64,000 nt of DNA from Antechinus flavipes (taxonomy: Eukaryota). The stretch is taken from assembly GCF_016432865.1 (NCBI RefSeq), contig NC_067402.1:40238001-40302000 (forward strand), read 5' to 3'. Below, piece after piece: positions 27,051-38,915 of this stretch (positions are counted from its first letter, which is position 1; the number at the start of each line of letters is the position of its first letter). The notes under the pieces were generated by a model. That model searched no databases and had not been told where the DNA came from. It saw only the letters and a list, made by a program, of their open reading frames with translations. The translations under genes were made by a program, and so were the position numbers.

Positions 27051-28229
27051 TGATTAGATTTGGTCAATCCAGAAAATTATGGCTGTCTGGCTCATCTGGT
27101 ATGAACATATAAGGCCATAAAGTGAAAACATAAAATGCAAACATCTTTTTAAAAAAAATTATTCCAATTAAGGGATATTTTCTCGCTCTAACAACTAGGC
27201 TTGGGAGTAGAAAAGTAAATAGAAACACAATTAATTATTGATAATTGTTCTTCCGGACTGGCTCCTAGGTCAAAGCTACCACAGGCCTCGGGGTAGGGAA
27301 CATATGACAAAGCAATATAGTGTTTTGTTTGGATAATAAAGGAAAAAAAAAACTGACTTGGGAAAGAAAACTCTAAGCTGAAAGAAAATGGCAGTATTAC
27401 TGTCTGTAAGAAATGCTCAAAGAGTGTTCAGTTCACACACTGCTTCTTACAAACTTGGCAGAATGTCATTTCCATATGTCTAAATCAACTGTTCACAGCT
27501 TGGAAAAGAATTCTGAGCTGAAAGACATACCGGCTCTTGGAGCCCAGAGGAACAGCAGACTGTTTGTTTATTCATTCATTTTTTTCTTTATAAAGCAGAA
27601 GGGGGGTAAGGAGGAGGGAGATAGACAAGCATTTATTAAGTGCCTGCTGTGTCCCAGGCACTGTGCTAAGTGCTTTACAAATATTATCTTATTTGCTCCT
27701 CACAACAACCCTGTAAAGTAGTGTTCTGATTACCCCCATTTTACAGTTCAAGAAACTGAAGCAGAAGTTAAATGATTGGCCTGGGATCACAATATTAGTA
27801 TTAGAGCTAGGTTTTGAACTCAGTTCTTCCTGACTTTCACTGTGCCACCTAACTGCCTTATTACCTTTTTCAGGAACTCTAAACTAGATTGCATTGACAA
27901 GAACGGCATTTTTCTTGGTCATACCCGGAGAACAATTAGCAAGAAAAAGCGAATAAAAAGAACAAATAATTTCAAAATAAAAATAACCACAGTGAGATTT
28001 AATGTGTTGTAGATGGCAAATAGTTGGCTTCAAAGACAGAAAAACCTGGATTCACATCCTACTTCTTTCAGATATTGGCTGAGTGACCAGGTCATTCGGC
28101 CTCTCTTTTCCTTAAGGAAAAGGTGTTGACCCACATTGGAAAAAGGAATTTCCTCCCCAGGATTTTCCTGAAAAGACACTCACATGCATAGGATGCATAA
28201 CTGTAACCACTAATCATTTACTCTGTTAC

Positions 28230-28625
28230 TTTTTTTTTACTTAATGTGTTTTATTTTTTCCCACTTACATGTAACGAACACTTATCTTTGTAAGATTTTG
28301 AGTTCCACGTTTTTCTCTCTCCCTTTCCTCTCCCATCCCCAAGATAGCAAGCAATCTGAAATAGGTTAATACATGTACAACCATGTTAAACACATTTCTA
28401 CATTGATTATGTGTAAAAGAACAAAAGGGAAAAGCCACAAACCCTACCCTCCAAATGTAAAAATTGTACACTTTGATCTGTATTCAGATTCACCTCAGGA
28501 GGTAGATAGCATTTTCCATCATGAGTCCTGGATCATTGTGTTGCTGAGAAGAATCAAGTCTGTCATAGTGATCATCACACGATATACTGTTACTGTATAC
28601 AATGTTCTCCTCACTCACTGCTCTT
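28230..28625 (-). mobile_element. L1 3' UTR fragment
   Basis: Poly-T followed by L1 3' UTR in reverse, complementary to 25.7-26.0 kb. Confidence 0.82.
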
Positions 28626-29794
28626 TATTCTTTCCTTTTATGTTATTAGCCCAGTGCCATTAGTAGGTAATTATTGTTTATTGATTGACTGATTGAAATC
28701 AAAACCATTCTGCTTTCTTCTCTTTGCATTGCCATGTGCTTTTCCCTGTTTCTTTCTAATACTGCTAATTATCGGTCTTTGAGTTCACTTCAACTAGTGT
28801 TAGATTTTAGTTCTTCTCCTGCCATGACTAACCTTGCTGGTTTCCATTTTTTCCCCTTATTATAACCAATGCAATAACAAATATCTTCATACAGTTCTTT
28901 TTATTGATAACAAACATCTCCCAAAAGGATGATTATTGAGTTTGGGGATATAATGATCATAACTCTTAGAGTAAACCTGTAAATGCAAAGGGCCATGCAG
29001 TAGATGAGAAGCTTCTTGGAGCTCTTTATTTATATATTTCTGTAGTGCATTAGCTCTTGGGGGAAGGAGGGGCCAATATCTTTAAAAACCAGCCCCATAT
29101 TAAATAATAATGAGAATAGCTATCATTTCTATAGTGCCTTCAGCTTTGCAAAATTCAGCATATATTATTTGCTCCTCATAATAACCCTTCACATTAGGTG
29201 CAATGGTTATCCTCACTCTATAGATTCGGACACTGATGCTGAAAAGTATTAAGTCATTTTCCCAGAGCCACACACACATCTGAGCATCTGAGGATGCATT
29301 TACACTCAAGGGTTCCTGATTCCATGGCCAATAATCTTCTGATTCAGACCCAGAGCAGAAATTCGAAATCAAGTTCCGCCGACATAAATAAACAAGCTAA
29401 AAAAACTAAAGAAATGACAATGCAGAGGTCCCATCTGAGAAAGCCCCCGTCCCTCACGGGGCTGCCCCAGGAGCCTCCTTAACCACGGACTGGAGAGGTC
29501 AGGACTGCGTTTGATCACTCAGGGTACGCTTACAATGAGGGATGCCATGGCGGGTTCTTCCATTTTCTAACTCCACTCCTCTCCCAATCACAGCCATAAC
29601 CCGGACGCTTCGGGTCAGAAGAGCCAGCTGTGTGGGGAGGCCCAAAGGGAACAGGGGATGAGAGGTCGTTGCTATACCCACCTCATGGAATGGAGGTACA
29701 GGGGAGTGGACTTGAAGATCAGCTGCTGCAGTTGCTCACCTCTTACAGGTGAGGAGGCAGATGCCCTGAGGATGATGATGATAATGGTCATGGG

Positions 29795-30260
29795 TGGTTC
29801 AGAGAGCAGAGTTCTGGGCTTGGAGTCAGGAAGTCCTGAGTTCAATGGAGTCTTAAACACTTACTGGAGGTGGGTGTGCAGTTTTGTTAGCCTCAGTTTA
29901 CTCATCTGTAAAGTGGGGATAACAATAGCATCTACCTCTCAGGGTTGCTGTATGAAATGAGATAATGATCACAAAGCACTTAGCACAGTATCTGTACATA
30001 TTAAGTGTTGTATAAATGTCAGCAGCGATGACGGTGATGGCTAATATTATGTATTTTACAAATATTATCTCGCTTGATCCTCACCACAACCCCAGCATGG
30101 AAGTGCTGTTATTATTCCCATTTTAAAAGTTAGGCAAACTGAGGCAAAGTTAGGTGCCTTGCCTAGTGTCATACAATTAACGACTAGGCCATATTTGAAC
30201 TCACCCAGGTCTTCCCGAATCCAGGTATAGTGCTCTATCCCATGTGTCACCCAGCTAGCT
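29795..30260. mobile_element. Tail-to-tail pair of MIR-type SINEs
   Basis: Plus copy at 29795-30010 (ggagtcaggaagtcctgagttcaa...ctcatctgtaaagtgggg) and minus copy at about 30050-30260. Confidence 0.75.
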
Positions 30261-30384
30261 CACTGAGTGATTTTGCCATATATTAAATGGCAAAGCCAGA
30301 ATTTGAACCCAGGCCTTCTGGTGCTGAGTCTGGGGCTCTTCCTATAATAGCACATAGCCCCTCCAAGGATATGGCTTGAGGAAT

Positions 30385-30625
30385 CTTGTTGTTCAATCAT
30401 TTCAGTCACATCTAACTCTCTGTGATCCCATTGGGGGTTTTCTCAGCAAGGACACTGGAGTGGTTTGTTGCCATTTCCTTCTCCAGCTCATTTTACAGAA
30501 GAGGAAACTGAGGCACTCAGGGTGAGGTGACCTGTCCAGGGTCACACAGCTAATAAGTATCTATAGCTGGATTTGAACTCAGAATCTTCCTGGCTCGAGG
30601 CTCTATCCACTGTACCGCCCAGCCG
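30385..30625 (-). mobile_element. Mar1-like CORE-SINE
   Basis: gttgttcaatcatttcagtc...ggagtggtttgttgccatttccttctccagctcattttacag. Confidence 0.85.
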
Positions 30626-30669
30626 CTCCACTTGAGGAATATGAGAAATAGAGATCACAGAAACAGAAC

Positions 30670-30920
30670 TGAGTGGGATAGAGAGGCTATGTAGTCCAAC
30701 CTGTCCCTAAAAGGAAATCCCCCTCTATGACCTACCTGACAATGCTTGCTTCCCCAGACTTTGCTCTCAAGCAGCCCATCGTGCTTTTGGATAGGGCTCG
30801 GTGCTGATTATTGGGAAGGTTTTCTCCTGACATCCACGGGGCTCCTTTCCCTTGGGGCTCCTCTGGAACAGAACAAGCCCCCATCCCTTTTCCCTGTGAT
30901 GGTCCTGCAAAGACTTCAAG
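30670..30920 (-). mobile_element. L3/CR1 fragment
   Basis: gcagcccatcgtgcttttggatagggctc...ggaaggttttctcctgac...ggaacagaacaagcc. Confidence 0.65.
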
Positions 30921-32080
30921 ACCTGCCCCACATTCCCTCTCCAAACTGTCAGTGGAGCATGAGATCTTCCACTGTCAAACAGAAAGGGACCAGTGAGGTC
31001 ATTTTTGGAGTCAGAAGGCCATGGGACCGAGTGATGTTCCAGAATTCCTCCATCCTAGCTGACGTCATCTCCCGGACAGTCCTCCCAAAGGAGAGCGTTC
31101 CAGTGAGGTTGTTGCTGCTCGGGACATATCTGGAATTCTTCCGGCCTAGCCTTGGGAGCCCGTGGGACTCGCTCTGGAATCTCCTCAATGGTGACTAGTG
31201 TTCATTCTTTGAGGGAGGGCTCTGCTTTTGGAAGTGGGCATAAATCATTGCGTTCTAAGTGTGGTCAATGGGGTGGGTGATTAAGTTGGGTCATGCCATT
31301 TTGTTTGGGTCAGAACCTACAAAACAAACGTAGGTGGTACGGCTACAAAGTGTGACGACTCTTCCTGACTTAGTTCCAGAAATGATCCGAGAAACAGTAA
31401 TGTTGTTAGAATAAACAGCTTCTCACAGCCGGTCCTCCAAAGGCCACAATCACCCTACAGATGCTCCCAAATTATAAAGCACTTAAGGATTCTTTAGGGA
31501 AAATGCTCCAGAAAAATCAAGCATGGCCAGAAAAGCCCCACCCCACCAGTTAGTTTCTGTCTTGGAATTAATATCAGAATATTAATATTAATATCAGAAT
31601 AAACTTGCTATTCCTTCCTCCTTTTCTATAGTCATCACCCTGGTCCAGGCCCTTGTCTAGAGTATTACAATAGTCTCCTGAATGGGATTCCCACTTTGAT
31701 GGGCACTCCTAAACTCCCTTCTTTAAGTCTTTCCACTAACATATTAACTGTCCTAAAATGCCATTCTAATTGTGTGATTTTCCTGGTCAAGAACCATCAG
31801 TGACTCTCCACTGTCCAAAGAAAACACAGCCTCCCAGAGCCCTCCATGACAGGGACTGACATGGAGCAAGTAAGATTCAGATATTCACTCCTTATGTGAT
31901 CTTTGGGCAAGTCCTTTATATGCCCTGTGCCATTTGTAAAATGAGGGGGTTGGATTTGGTGGACAACACGGCTCCCTCAAGCTCTTAAATCTATGATCTA
32001 TCCAACCTGAAGGAGAAAGCTAGGGCCTGGAGTGGTGATTTGGTTTTAAAAGGGCTCTGGGGGAGGAAAGTCCCTTTATT

Positions 32081-32239
32081 TGCATTAGTTTTGTTTGTAC
32101 AAAGGCTTTTTAATTTGATGTAATCAAAATTTTCTATTTTGTGATCAGTAATGGTCTCTAGTTCATCTTTGGTCACACATTTCTTTCTCCTCCACAAGTC
32201 TGAGAGATAAACTATTCTATGTTCCTCTAATTTATTTAT
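32081..32239 (-). mobile_element. Internal L1 ORF2 fragment flanked by a 16-bp TSD
   Basis: Translates to INKLEEHRIVYLSDLWRRKKCVTKDELETITDHKIENFDYIKLKSLCTNKTNA (L1 ORF2-like). ggaaagtccctttatt lies at 32065-32080 and 32240-32255. Confidence 0.9.
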
Positions 32240-32819
32240 GGAAAGTCCCTTTATTAATGGAGTTTGGCACTTTTTCTGTCCTCAATCTTAGAGAGTTCCT
32301 AAAGCACTGAGGGGATGTGTGCAATGTCAGTCAGAAGTGTTCTAACCAGCCACATCTTTTACCACTTTCCCATCCTGTGACGTGACCCAACTAGACTGAT
32401 GACCATTTCTGGAACACACCCCACAATTCACCACCTCTGAACCCTTGCTCTTGCTCTCTCCCTGGAAGATCTCTTCCTCAGTCATCATTGGTCAAAATCC
32501 TGTCCATCTTTCAAGGCTCAGTCCAAATGTCATTTTCAACATTGAGCTTTTGCTGGTCCCCCATCCTCTCCTTCAGAACTCCCAGAATACTTTTCTTACA
32601 ACTCTATGATATGGTTTATTATCATCTCCTGCCTTGGACTGAGCAGCTAAATGGTGTAATAGAGTGCCTGGGCTCAACTACTGCCCCAGTTACTAATTAA
32701 CTGTGTGAATAGACAAGATAATGGCTGGGAGGTGTTTTGAAAACTTAAAGACTTCTCTTAATGCCTGTAATTAATCTTACCATCACTACCTCTTCTATTA
32801 GCTTGCAATGCAACCTTTT

Positions 32820-32920
32820 GGGGCAGGTGGGTGTAGCACAGTGGATAAAGCACCAGCTCTCAGACATCTGACACTTACTGTGTCATCATGAACAAGTACT
32901 TAAACCGGATTGCCTTGCAG
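32820..32920 (+). mobile_element. Short (internally deleted) WSINE1-like SINE
   Basis: ggggcaggtgggtgtagcacagtggataaagcaccagc...acttaaaccggattgcctt. Confidence 0.7.
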
Positions 32921-33365
32921 AAAGACAGACAGACACACACACACAGAAAAAAGAGATAGAGNNNNNNNNNNNNNNNNNNNNNNNNNNNNNNNNNNNNNNN
33001 NNNNNNNNNNNNNNNNNNNNNNNNNNNNNNNNNNNNNNNNNNNNNNNNNNNNNNNNNNNNNNNNNNNNNNNNNNNNNNNNNNNNNNNNNNNNNNNNNNNN
33101 NNNNNAGATAGAAAGAGAGACAGAGATAGAGACAAGAGACAAGAGAGATAGAGAGAGACAATAAGACAGAGATAGAAAGACAGAGATAGAGATGGAGTCA
33201 GGGAGAGATAGAGACAGAGAGACAGACAGAGACAAGTGAGAGAGAGATAGAAAGAGACAGAGAGACAGAGACAAGAGACAAGACAGAGACAATAAGACAG
33301 AGATAGAGACAGAGTCAGAGAGACAGAGACACAGAGACTCAAAGAGACAGTGACACACAGAGAGA
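32920..33365. repeat. GAGACA/GATA purine-rich low-complexity tract
   Basis: gagacagagatagagacaagagac-type sequence on both sides of the N gap. Confidence 0.93.
32962..33105. other. Assembly gap (144 N) inside a GA-rich repeat
   Basis: Run of N. Confidence 1.
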
Positions 33366-33850
33366 GTGAGTGTGTAAGCTTCTTGAGAAAGTTGACCATC
33401 ATTTATTTATCTGTTTTCTCCCCAGTGTCTAGTACAGTGACTCAAACAATCAATATTTGTTGTGCTCAACAAATACTTGGTGAGAGCTTCCAAAGTCCCA
33501 TTATTTTACAGCACTTCTTGCGGATGTCATTGATGAATATCCAAATTGGGCACCTGCCTTCCTAAAAGGTCACTTGATTGAACGAGGTTTAGAGATTTCT
33601 AAAAGAATCTTCCCAATTAAAGTTCCCTGAAGACAGGAACTGTTTTATGTTTGTTATAAACTAGTGTCTTATATATATTCAGAATCTAAAAAAAATTTCC
33701 TGAATTGAATTCTAAAGACTTTCTAGAGAAGGTCAACTACTATAATCACTTTTATAAGTGATTATAAAGTGATAAAAGGAGCCGCCTTTTATTTTCTCAA
33801 AGCTGTTTCTACAGCCACATTCACACATACTGCAGCAGTGAAATTAAGTA

Positions 33851-33950
33851 CAGTGGTACCTCGGTACTTACGGTGAATTGGTTCTGGAGGCACAATGTGT
33901 GGTGGAAACAACAAATTTCCCCCCAAAGGAATATATGTCCAGTCCACAGC
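33851..33950. mobile_element. Possible Tigger/pogo-type DNA transposon end
   Basis: TA|CAGTGGTACCTCGG resembles a Tigger terminal inverted repeat after a TA target; the opposite end was not found. Confidence 0.35.
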
Positions 33951-36900
33951 CTAACCATCCCTTCTCACTAAATCTCTCAAAGGGGCAGCTACGGAGAAAG
34001 AAGCCAGCCCAGCCCAATCCAGCTCGGCTCCTCCTCTCCTGACCCAACTTTCTGGGAGGAATCATGACTTTCAGCATACACTCCTGCAGGAACTGCCCCA
34101 AGACCTGCCCAGTGACTCACACCACCTCAGCATGGGGGGCTCCTCTGTACTTCCATCTTTATCGGGGAGCAGCTGCCCACAGCCAAGGGCAGTGGTGGGG
34201 GCTGGGCAGTATGCCAGGCCAAGCTCACTACTCAACCAAGACCACAACCAAGGGGTGCTCAGCAAGCCTTGAGGGCTGAGGCATTTTTTTCTACTAGAAA
34301 TACAATGAATATCGAATTCAAGGAACTTTAAAGAGGATGAGTGCCGAGGTAACCCTGTATTTAAAAAAAATAATGCTTGTACCCCCAAGATTTAGGCTTA
34401 AGCACCCCACATTTTCTTCAGCTAGAATAGCAGGAGTCAGTAAGAATTTTTGAGGAGAAATCAGCCTTGATAATTCTATTCCAGATCCAGAATTCCTCTC
34501 TGCTTTCTTGGAAGATGGCTGACTAATAATGAGTCAAAAGGTAGTTATTAACTACCAATTTGCATAGGGCATAAAAAGGTCATTAAGCAGATGAGATATG
34601 CCCTCCAGGAGGGGACAATCAACAGCAGACAACTTAGAGAAAAGTAATTATAATAGCAAAGGTAATTCAGGTGGTTCTCTAATCGCAGGGGTAATAAGTA
34701 AATGGGGAAGAATGGAATCATTCTTTCAATTTTGCCTAAATTCTGTTGGGAAGATTTTTTTCCGCCACTAGGATGTCACTCACTTTCTTGTCAGGTGGCA
34801 AGATGCCCAGATCAAGAGAAAAAAGAGAGAAAGAAAAAGGAGGGGGACGATATGTCTACAAATTGAGCTAGAGTGTTAGATAAAGAGATGAAACACCTCT
34901 ATATAGCTTTTCAACAAACAAATTGATTTTTCGAGGGCGACTCCAATTCCTTCAAATTGATTTGATCTCCTTCAGCAGCCAGACAGATCCCTTTCTCTTA
35001 TTTTGCCTTCCGAATTTCCCAGGCTTCGCTTTCTCTTTATATCAACTTCTCTAACCTATTTTTTCCAAAGAAAAATGACATCGTATTGATTCGTTTCTAG
35101 ACATCTCGAGAGCCTTCTTTCTCCCGGTGCACTTAGCCCCCTCTCGAACATGAATAAAGTCGCTGGGAATCAGACAGCCGGAGGCTACGGTTGGGTTTCA
35201 TGATTTGGATTTCACAACTCTGCTTTATGTTGGAAAATGAAGGAGCTGATGTTATTCCTGAACGTCTTACAGACAGTAAAGACTTCACAGGGGAGATGCT
35301 GCTGGAGTCAGTCCAAAAGTCTAGCTGGTTCAGTAGCCAGCTGCCTTCCTGCATGTGTTTCTTAAATCAATAGGGCTAATCTGATGACAAGATAGGATTA
35401 GAGATAAATTGATGGAGGTCTAAATTTTCTTCCCAGTTAGGCTACTTTGAAGAAAGGTCAACGTCCAGGTCTGTTTATTTCTGAAAGGTGGGAAGGAAAT
35501 AAGTGTTTGCATATTGCCTACTATGTACCAGCGCTTTCCAAATGTTCTAATTTGATTTTTACAACAACCCTGGGCGGAAGATGATGATGTTAACTCCATT
35601 TTACAGATGAGAAAACTAAGGCAGAGATTAAGTGATTTGCCCAGTCACACAGCTAGAGGCTAGATCTGAATTCAGGTCTTCCTGACTCTGGTCCAGGTGC
35701 TCCCCCATTGATGAGATCCTGTGTTCCTGAAGGCTACACCATTGGGCAGAACTCTGTAGAGTTCTACCTAGCTGGAAAGAGCTTCAAGAACGGACCTGGT
35801 CTTCAAGATGGTCGGTGTTTTCCGGAGTCCCATCTGGCAAAGTCTGCAGAGGTTCAGTACCAGGTGCAGAGATGGAGTTCTCAAACCTTATCTGTGAAGT
35901 CACTACTCCAAGGTAGTGCAGAGAACGGTGCTGGGCGTGTATAGCGTCGAAAGGCCCGAGTTCAAAACCTGTTTCTCACATGTATGGCAAGTCACTTAAT
36001 AATAATGATGATGAAACAACATTCACATAGCACTGCGAGGTTTGCAAAATGTCATATACCCATTGTCTCATTTGATCTGCACAATCTGCCTTATTATACC
36101 CCCATTTTTAGATGAGGAATTGGAGGCTGAAGGGTTAAGTGACTTGTCCCAAGTGACACAATTTGACAGTATCTGATAAGGGATTTGAATTTTCCTTACC
36201 CTCGATCCAAAGCTGCTCCTTACTGGGCCACCCAGCCATCCAGGAGCCTCAAAGTCTCAGTTTCCTCATCTATAAAGTAAGAATATTAGCAGCTCTTTGT
36301 TTCCAGGGCTGCTGTGAGGGCCAAGTGGGATAGTGCTTATAAAGTGCTTTGCAAACCTTAACTTAAAGAGATGCATAAATGCTAGTTGTTTATTATTGTT
36401 CTATATTATATATATATAATTATTATTGTTGTTGTTCTTAAGGTCACAAAGGGAGTACTCACACCATTCCTGAAGCATAGAAACTGGCCCAAAGCCGCCT
36501 CTTGCATCTTGCAGCACCACAGAGATCTTAGCTTTGAGGTCTCGAGTCCCTTGCCATCAGGGAACACGAGGCGCTGGATGCGGTTGGCAGGACTGGTCTC
36601 TCCGACGAGCCGCTGGGTCTGTGAGGAGCATGGGGAGCTGAGACAAAGCAGAGGACGTCGAGGGCGCAGCCAGGAGCTACTCCAGCTCTGTTCGAGATTT
36701 TCCAGCCTCCGAACGTCTGAGGGGGGCGTTCGGTGACCGAAGCAGGAGCAGGTTCCGCCTGACCTGGGACAAAGCAGGTCACTCCTCAGGACCTCGGAGG
36801 TCCATCTATAAATGAGATGGAGAAAAGGGCTCTACCCAGTCACAGACTTCTTGCAGGGGAAGCTCTCTGCAGGCCTAAAAGGAGTCCACCTGAAGACCGG

Positions 36901-37079
36901 GGCTGTGGATCCTGGCCCAGCCACCTTCCAAGGGTCGCAGAATCCGAGGTCCCAGCCTTGCCCGATGTCATATAGGATGGAAATGGCAGATCTGGATGCA
37001 GTGGAAGCAGGTCTTCTGCCTGTAAGAGCTCCAAATCACAACAGGATCCAGGACAATCTGAGATTGAGAGGAAGAGGGC

Positions 37080-37645
37080 TCTTTGATCCAGCAGTGTTAC
37101 TACTGGGCCTGTATCCCAAAGAGATCTTAAAGGAGGGAAAGGGACCCACATGTGCAGAAATGTTTGTGGCAGAAACTGGAAACTGAGTGGAGGCCCATCA
37201 GCTGGGGAATGGCTGAATAAGTTATGGTCTATGGATGTTATGGGATATTATTGTTCTGTAAGAAAGGACGAGCTGGATGAATATAGAGGGACCTGGAGAG
37301 ACTCACAGGAACTGATGCTGAGTGAAGTGAGTAGAACCAGAACCAGGAGATCTTTGTACATGACAACAATAAGATTTTATGATGATTGATTCTGATGGAT
37401 GGGGCTCTTGTCAACAATGAGGTCATTCAGGCAAGTACCATGGTCTTGGGATGGAGGCATCTACACCCAGAGAGAGGACTGTGGGAAGTGAGTGTGGACC
37501 ACAAAATTGCATTCTCACTCTTTTTGTTGTTTGCTTGCATTTTATTTTCTTTCTCATTTTTTTTTTCTTTTTGACCAGATTTTTTGAGCACCAAGATAAT
37601 TGTGGAAATAAATATAAAAGAATTACACATTTAGCTTAAAAAAAA
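37080..37645 (+). mobile_element. L1 3' fragment (ORF2 C-terminus + 3' UTR)
   Basis: Encodes FDPAVLLLGLYPKEILKEGKGPTCAEMFVA and GEWLNKLW (L1 ORF2 C-terminal motifs); ends in A10. Confidence 0.93.
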
Positions 37646-37754
37646 AAGTACCTTGCAGGACACGTCCACGTTATATTTTCTTAATGTTTCTGCCCAATTC
37701 AGTGTCCAATTCCCAGAGGGAGCGGCCACCCTGGAACCTCTCTGCATAATTCTA

Positions 37755-38035
37755 AGGCACCATTTATTTTTCTCTGCCTCATTTCTTACCTTAATTACTG
37801 AGGGGTGTTGCCTTAGTCAAACTGAGACCTGTTAAAGACCTTAGCTTAAGAAGCCCCAGGTGTTCTTCTGCACAGGGTCCTACTCTGTATCTGGCCACTG
37901 GACCCAGCTTGCTCTGGAAGGTAAAGTGAGGCCGGTGACCTTGCCCAGCTCTCCCTCACTAAAATCCAGTTCACCTGCATGCCCTGGCATTCCCTCCTTG
38001 AGGTCATGGTCTCCTTCAGAGACAACATGCCCCAA
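37755..38035 (-). mobile_element. Marsupial non-autonomous repeat (MdoRep1/RTE-SINE-like), partial
   Basis: gtcaaactgagacctg...ttagctt...gccactggacccag is shared with 48745-49220. Confidence 0.75.
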
Positions 38036-38410
38036 ATAAATGATTCTGACGATGCAGGAAAGCCTTGCCCCGCGCTGTGCTTCCATACCTGACGTTTCAC
38101 ATCTGCATCCACTGTCCAAGAAAAATCAGTGAATTACCCTGAAAGAATCTCCCTGATAAACTTGCCAAACCACAAAGGGCCCTCAGCACTTGAGGCCAAA
38201 TGTCACTCCCCATGTCCTCCTAACAGAGAAGCCCGAGGCTCTGGATGACTCCTGCTGGGAGTGTGGTCCCAACAGCCCGTCATCAGGACTGATCATCCCC
38301 TCACTAGCCCAGGCAACAGCAACAACCCCACAGACAGATAATCACAGCTTGAACCAGCCTGGCAAGAAAGCAGCCTGAATCACGCTTGTCCCTTCACCAT
38401 GAGCTCCGCT

Positions 38411-38416
38411 TTTATT
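38411..38416 (-). terminator. LARS2 polyadenylation signal (3' UTR about 320 nt to the signal)
   Basis: tttatt on the plus strand = AATAAA on the minus strand; first such hexamer after the stop codon. A GT-rich tract (ctgtctgtggggtgttgctgttg) lies downstream on the minus strand. Confidence 0.75.
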
Positions 38417-38735
38417 AACCAGTCACAGTCCGGCAACCATCCATCAGAGCAGAAATACCTGGTGCCCATGGTAGCGAGTTCTCCTTTTGGTGTCATGGGG
38501 TGGCCGGTTCTGAAGCCCAACCGTGGTCCCCTGCAGTGGGGAGGCCCAGGAAACTTGCCCCTCCCTTTGTCTCTGGCCTCCAGCCCAGCCATCAAGCCAG
38601 TAGCAGGACCTCTCCCCTTTCCCCCTTTTGTCTTCTCACACCAGGGCTGGGACAGCTCTCCCTTCCTTGCGGGCACCCTGCTAAGACTTCCTTGGGAAGC
38701 AGCAGAGAGTCAGAGGCTGAGACCCCAAACCCCAC

Positions 38736-38915
38736 TTAGTCCTGCACCAGGAAGTTGATGAGTGCGGTACGTGGAGAGAGGAAGGCCTTGGTGACTGTCC
38801 GGCCCTGCAGGAGCTGCCTTCCCAGCTCGCTCTGGAGAACTATCTCGTGGATTTTCTCCCGGTCTCGGGCCACTTGCTGAGGCACAGGGATCTTGCCACA
38901 AGCTTTGTTGTTGAT
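38736..38915 (-). CDS. LARS2: LARS2 last coding exon (59 aa + TAA)
   Basis: Encodes [59 protein letters not shown], matching the recalled human C-terminus. Acceptor tttgcag|ATC. Confidence 0.97.
   Translation of the reverse strand: MNNKACGKIPVPQQVARDREKIHEIVLQSELGRQLLQGRTVTKAFLSPRTALINFLVQD

Noticed and set aside
34630-34925. Short collinear peptides resembling filovirus nucleoprotein (DNLEK, GSLIAGV, DQEKK, AFQQTN versus recalled EBOV NP NNLEH, GSTLAGV, DQEKK, SFQQTN); marsupials do carry filovirus-like EVEs
   Set aside because: The matches fall in different frames, spacings disagree (42/137/99 nt versus about 63/126/54 expected) and the intervening residues show no similarity, so chance is likely. 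A significant BLASTX or profile-HMM hit to filovirus NP would overturn this.
38399-38758. 119-aa plus-strand ORF antisense to the LARS2 3' UTR
   Set aside because: Pro/Ser-rich shadow of the G-rich UTR; no homology recognised.
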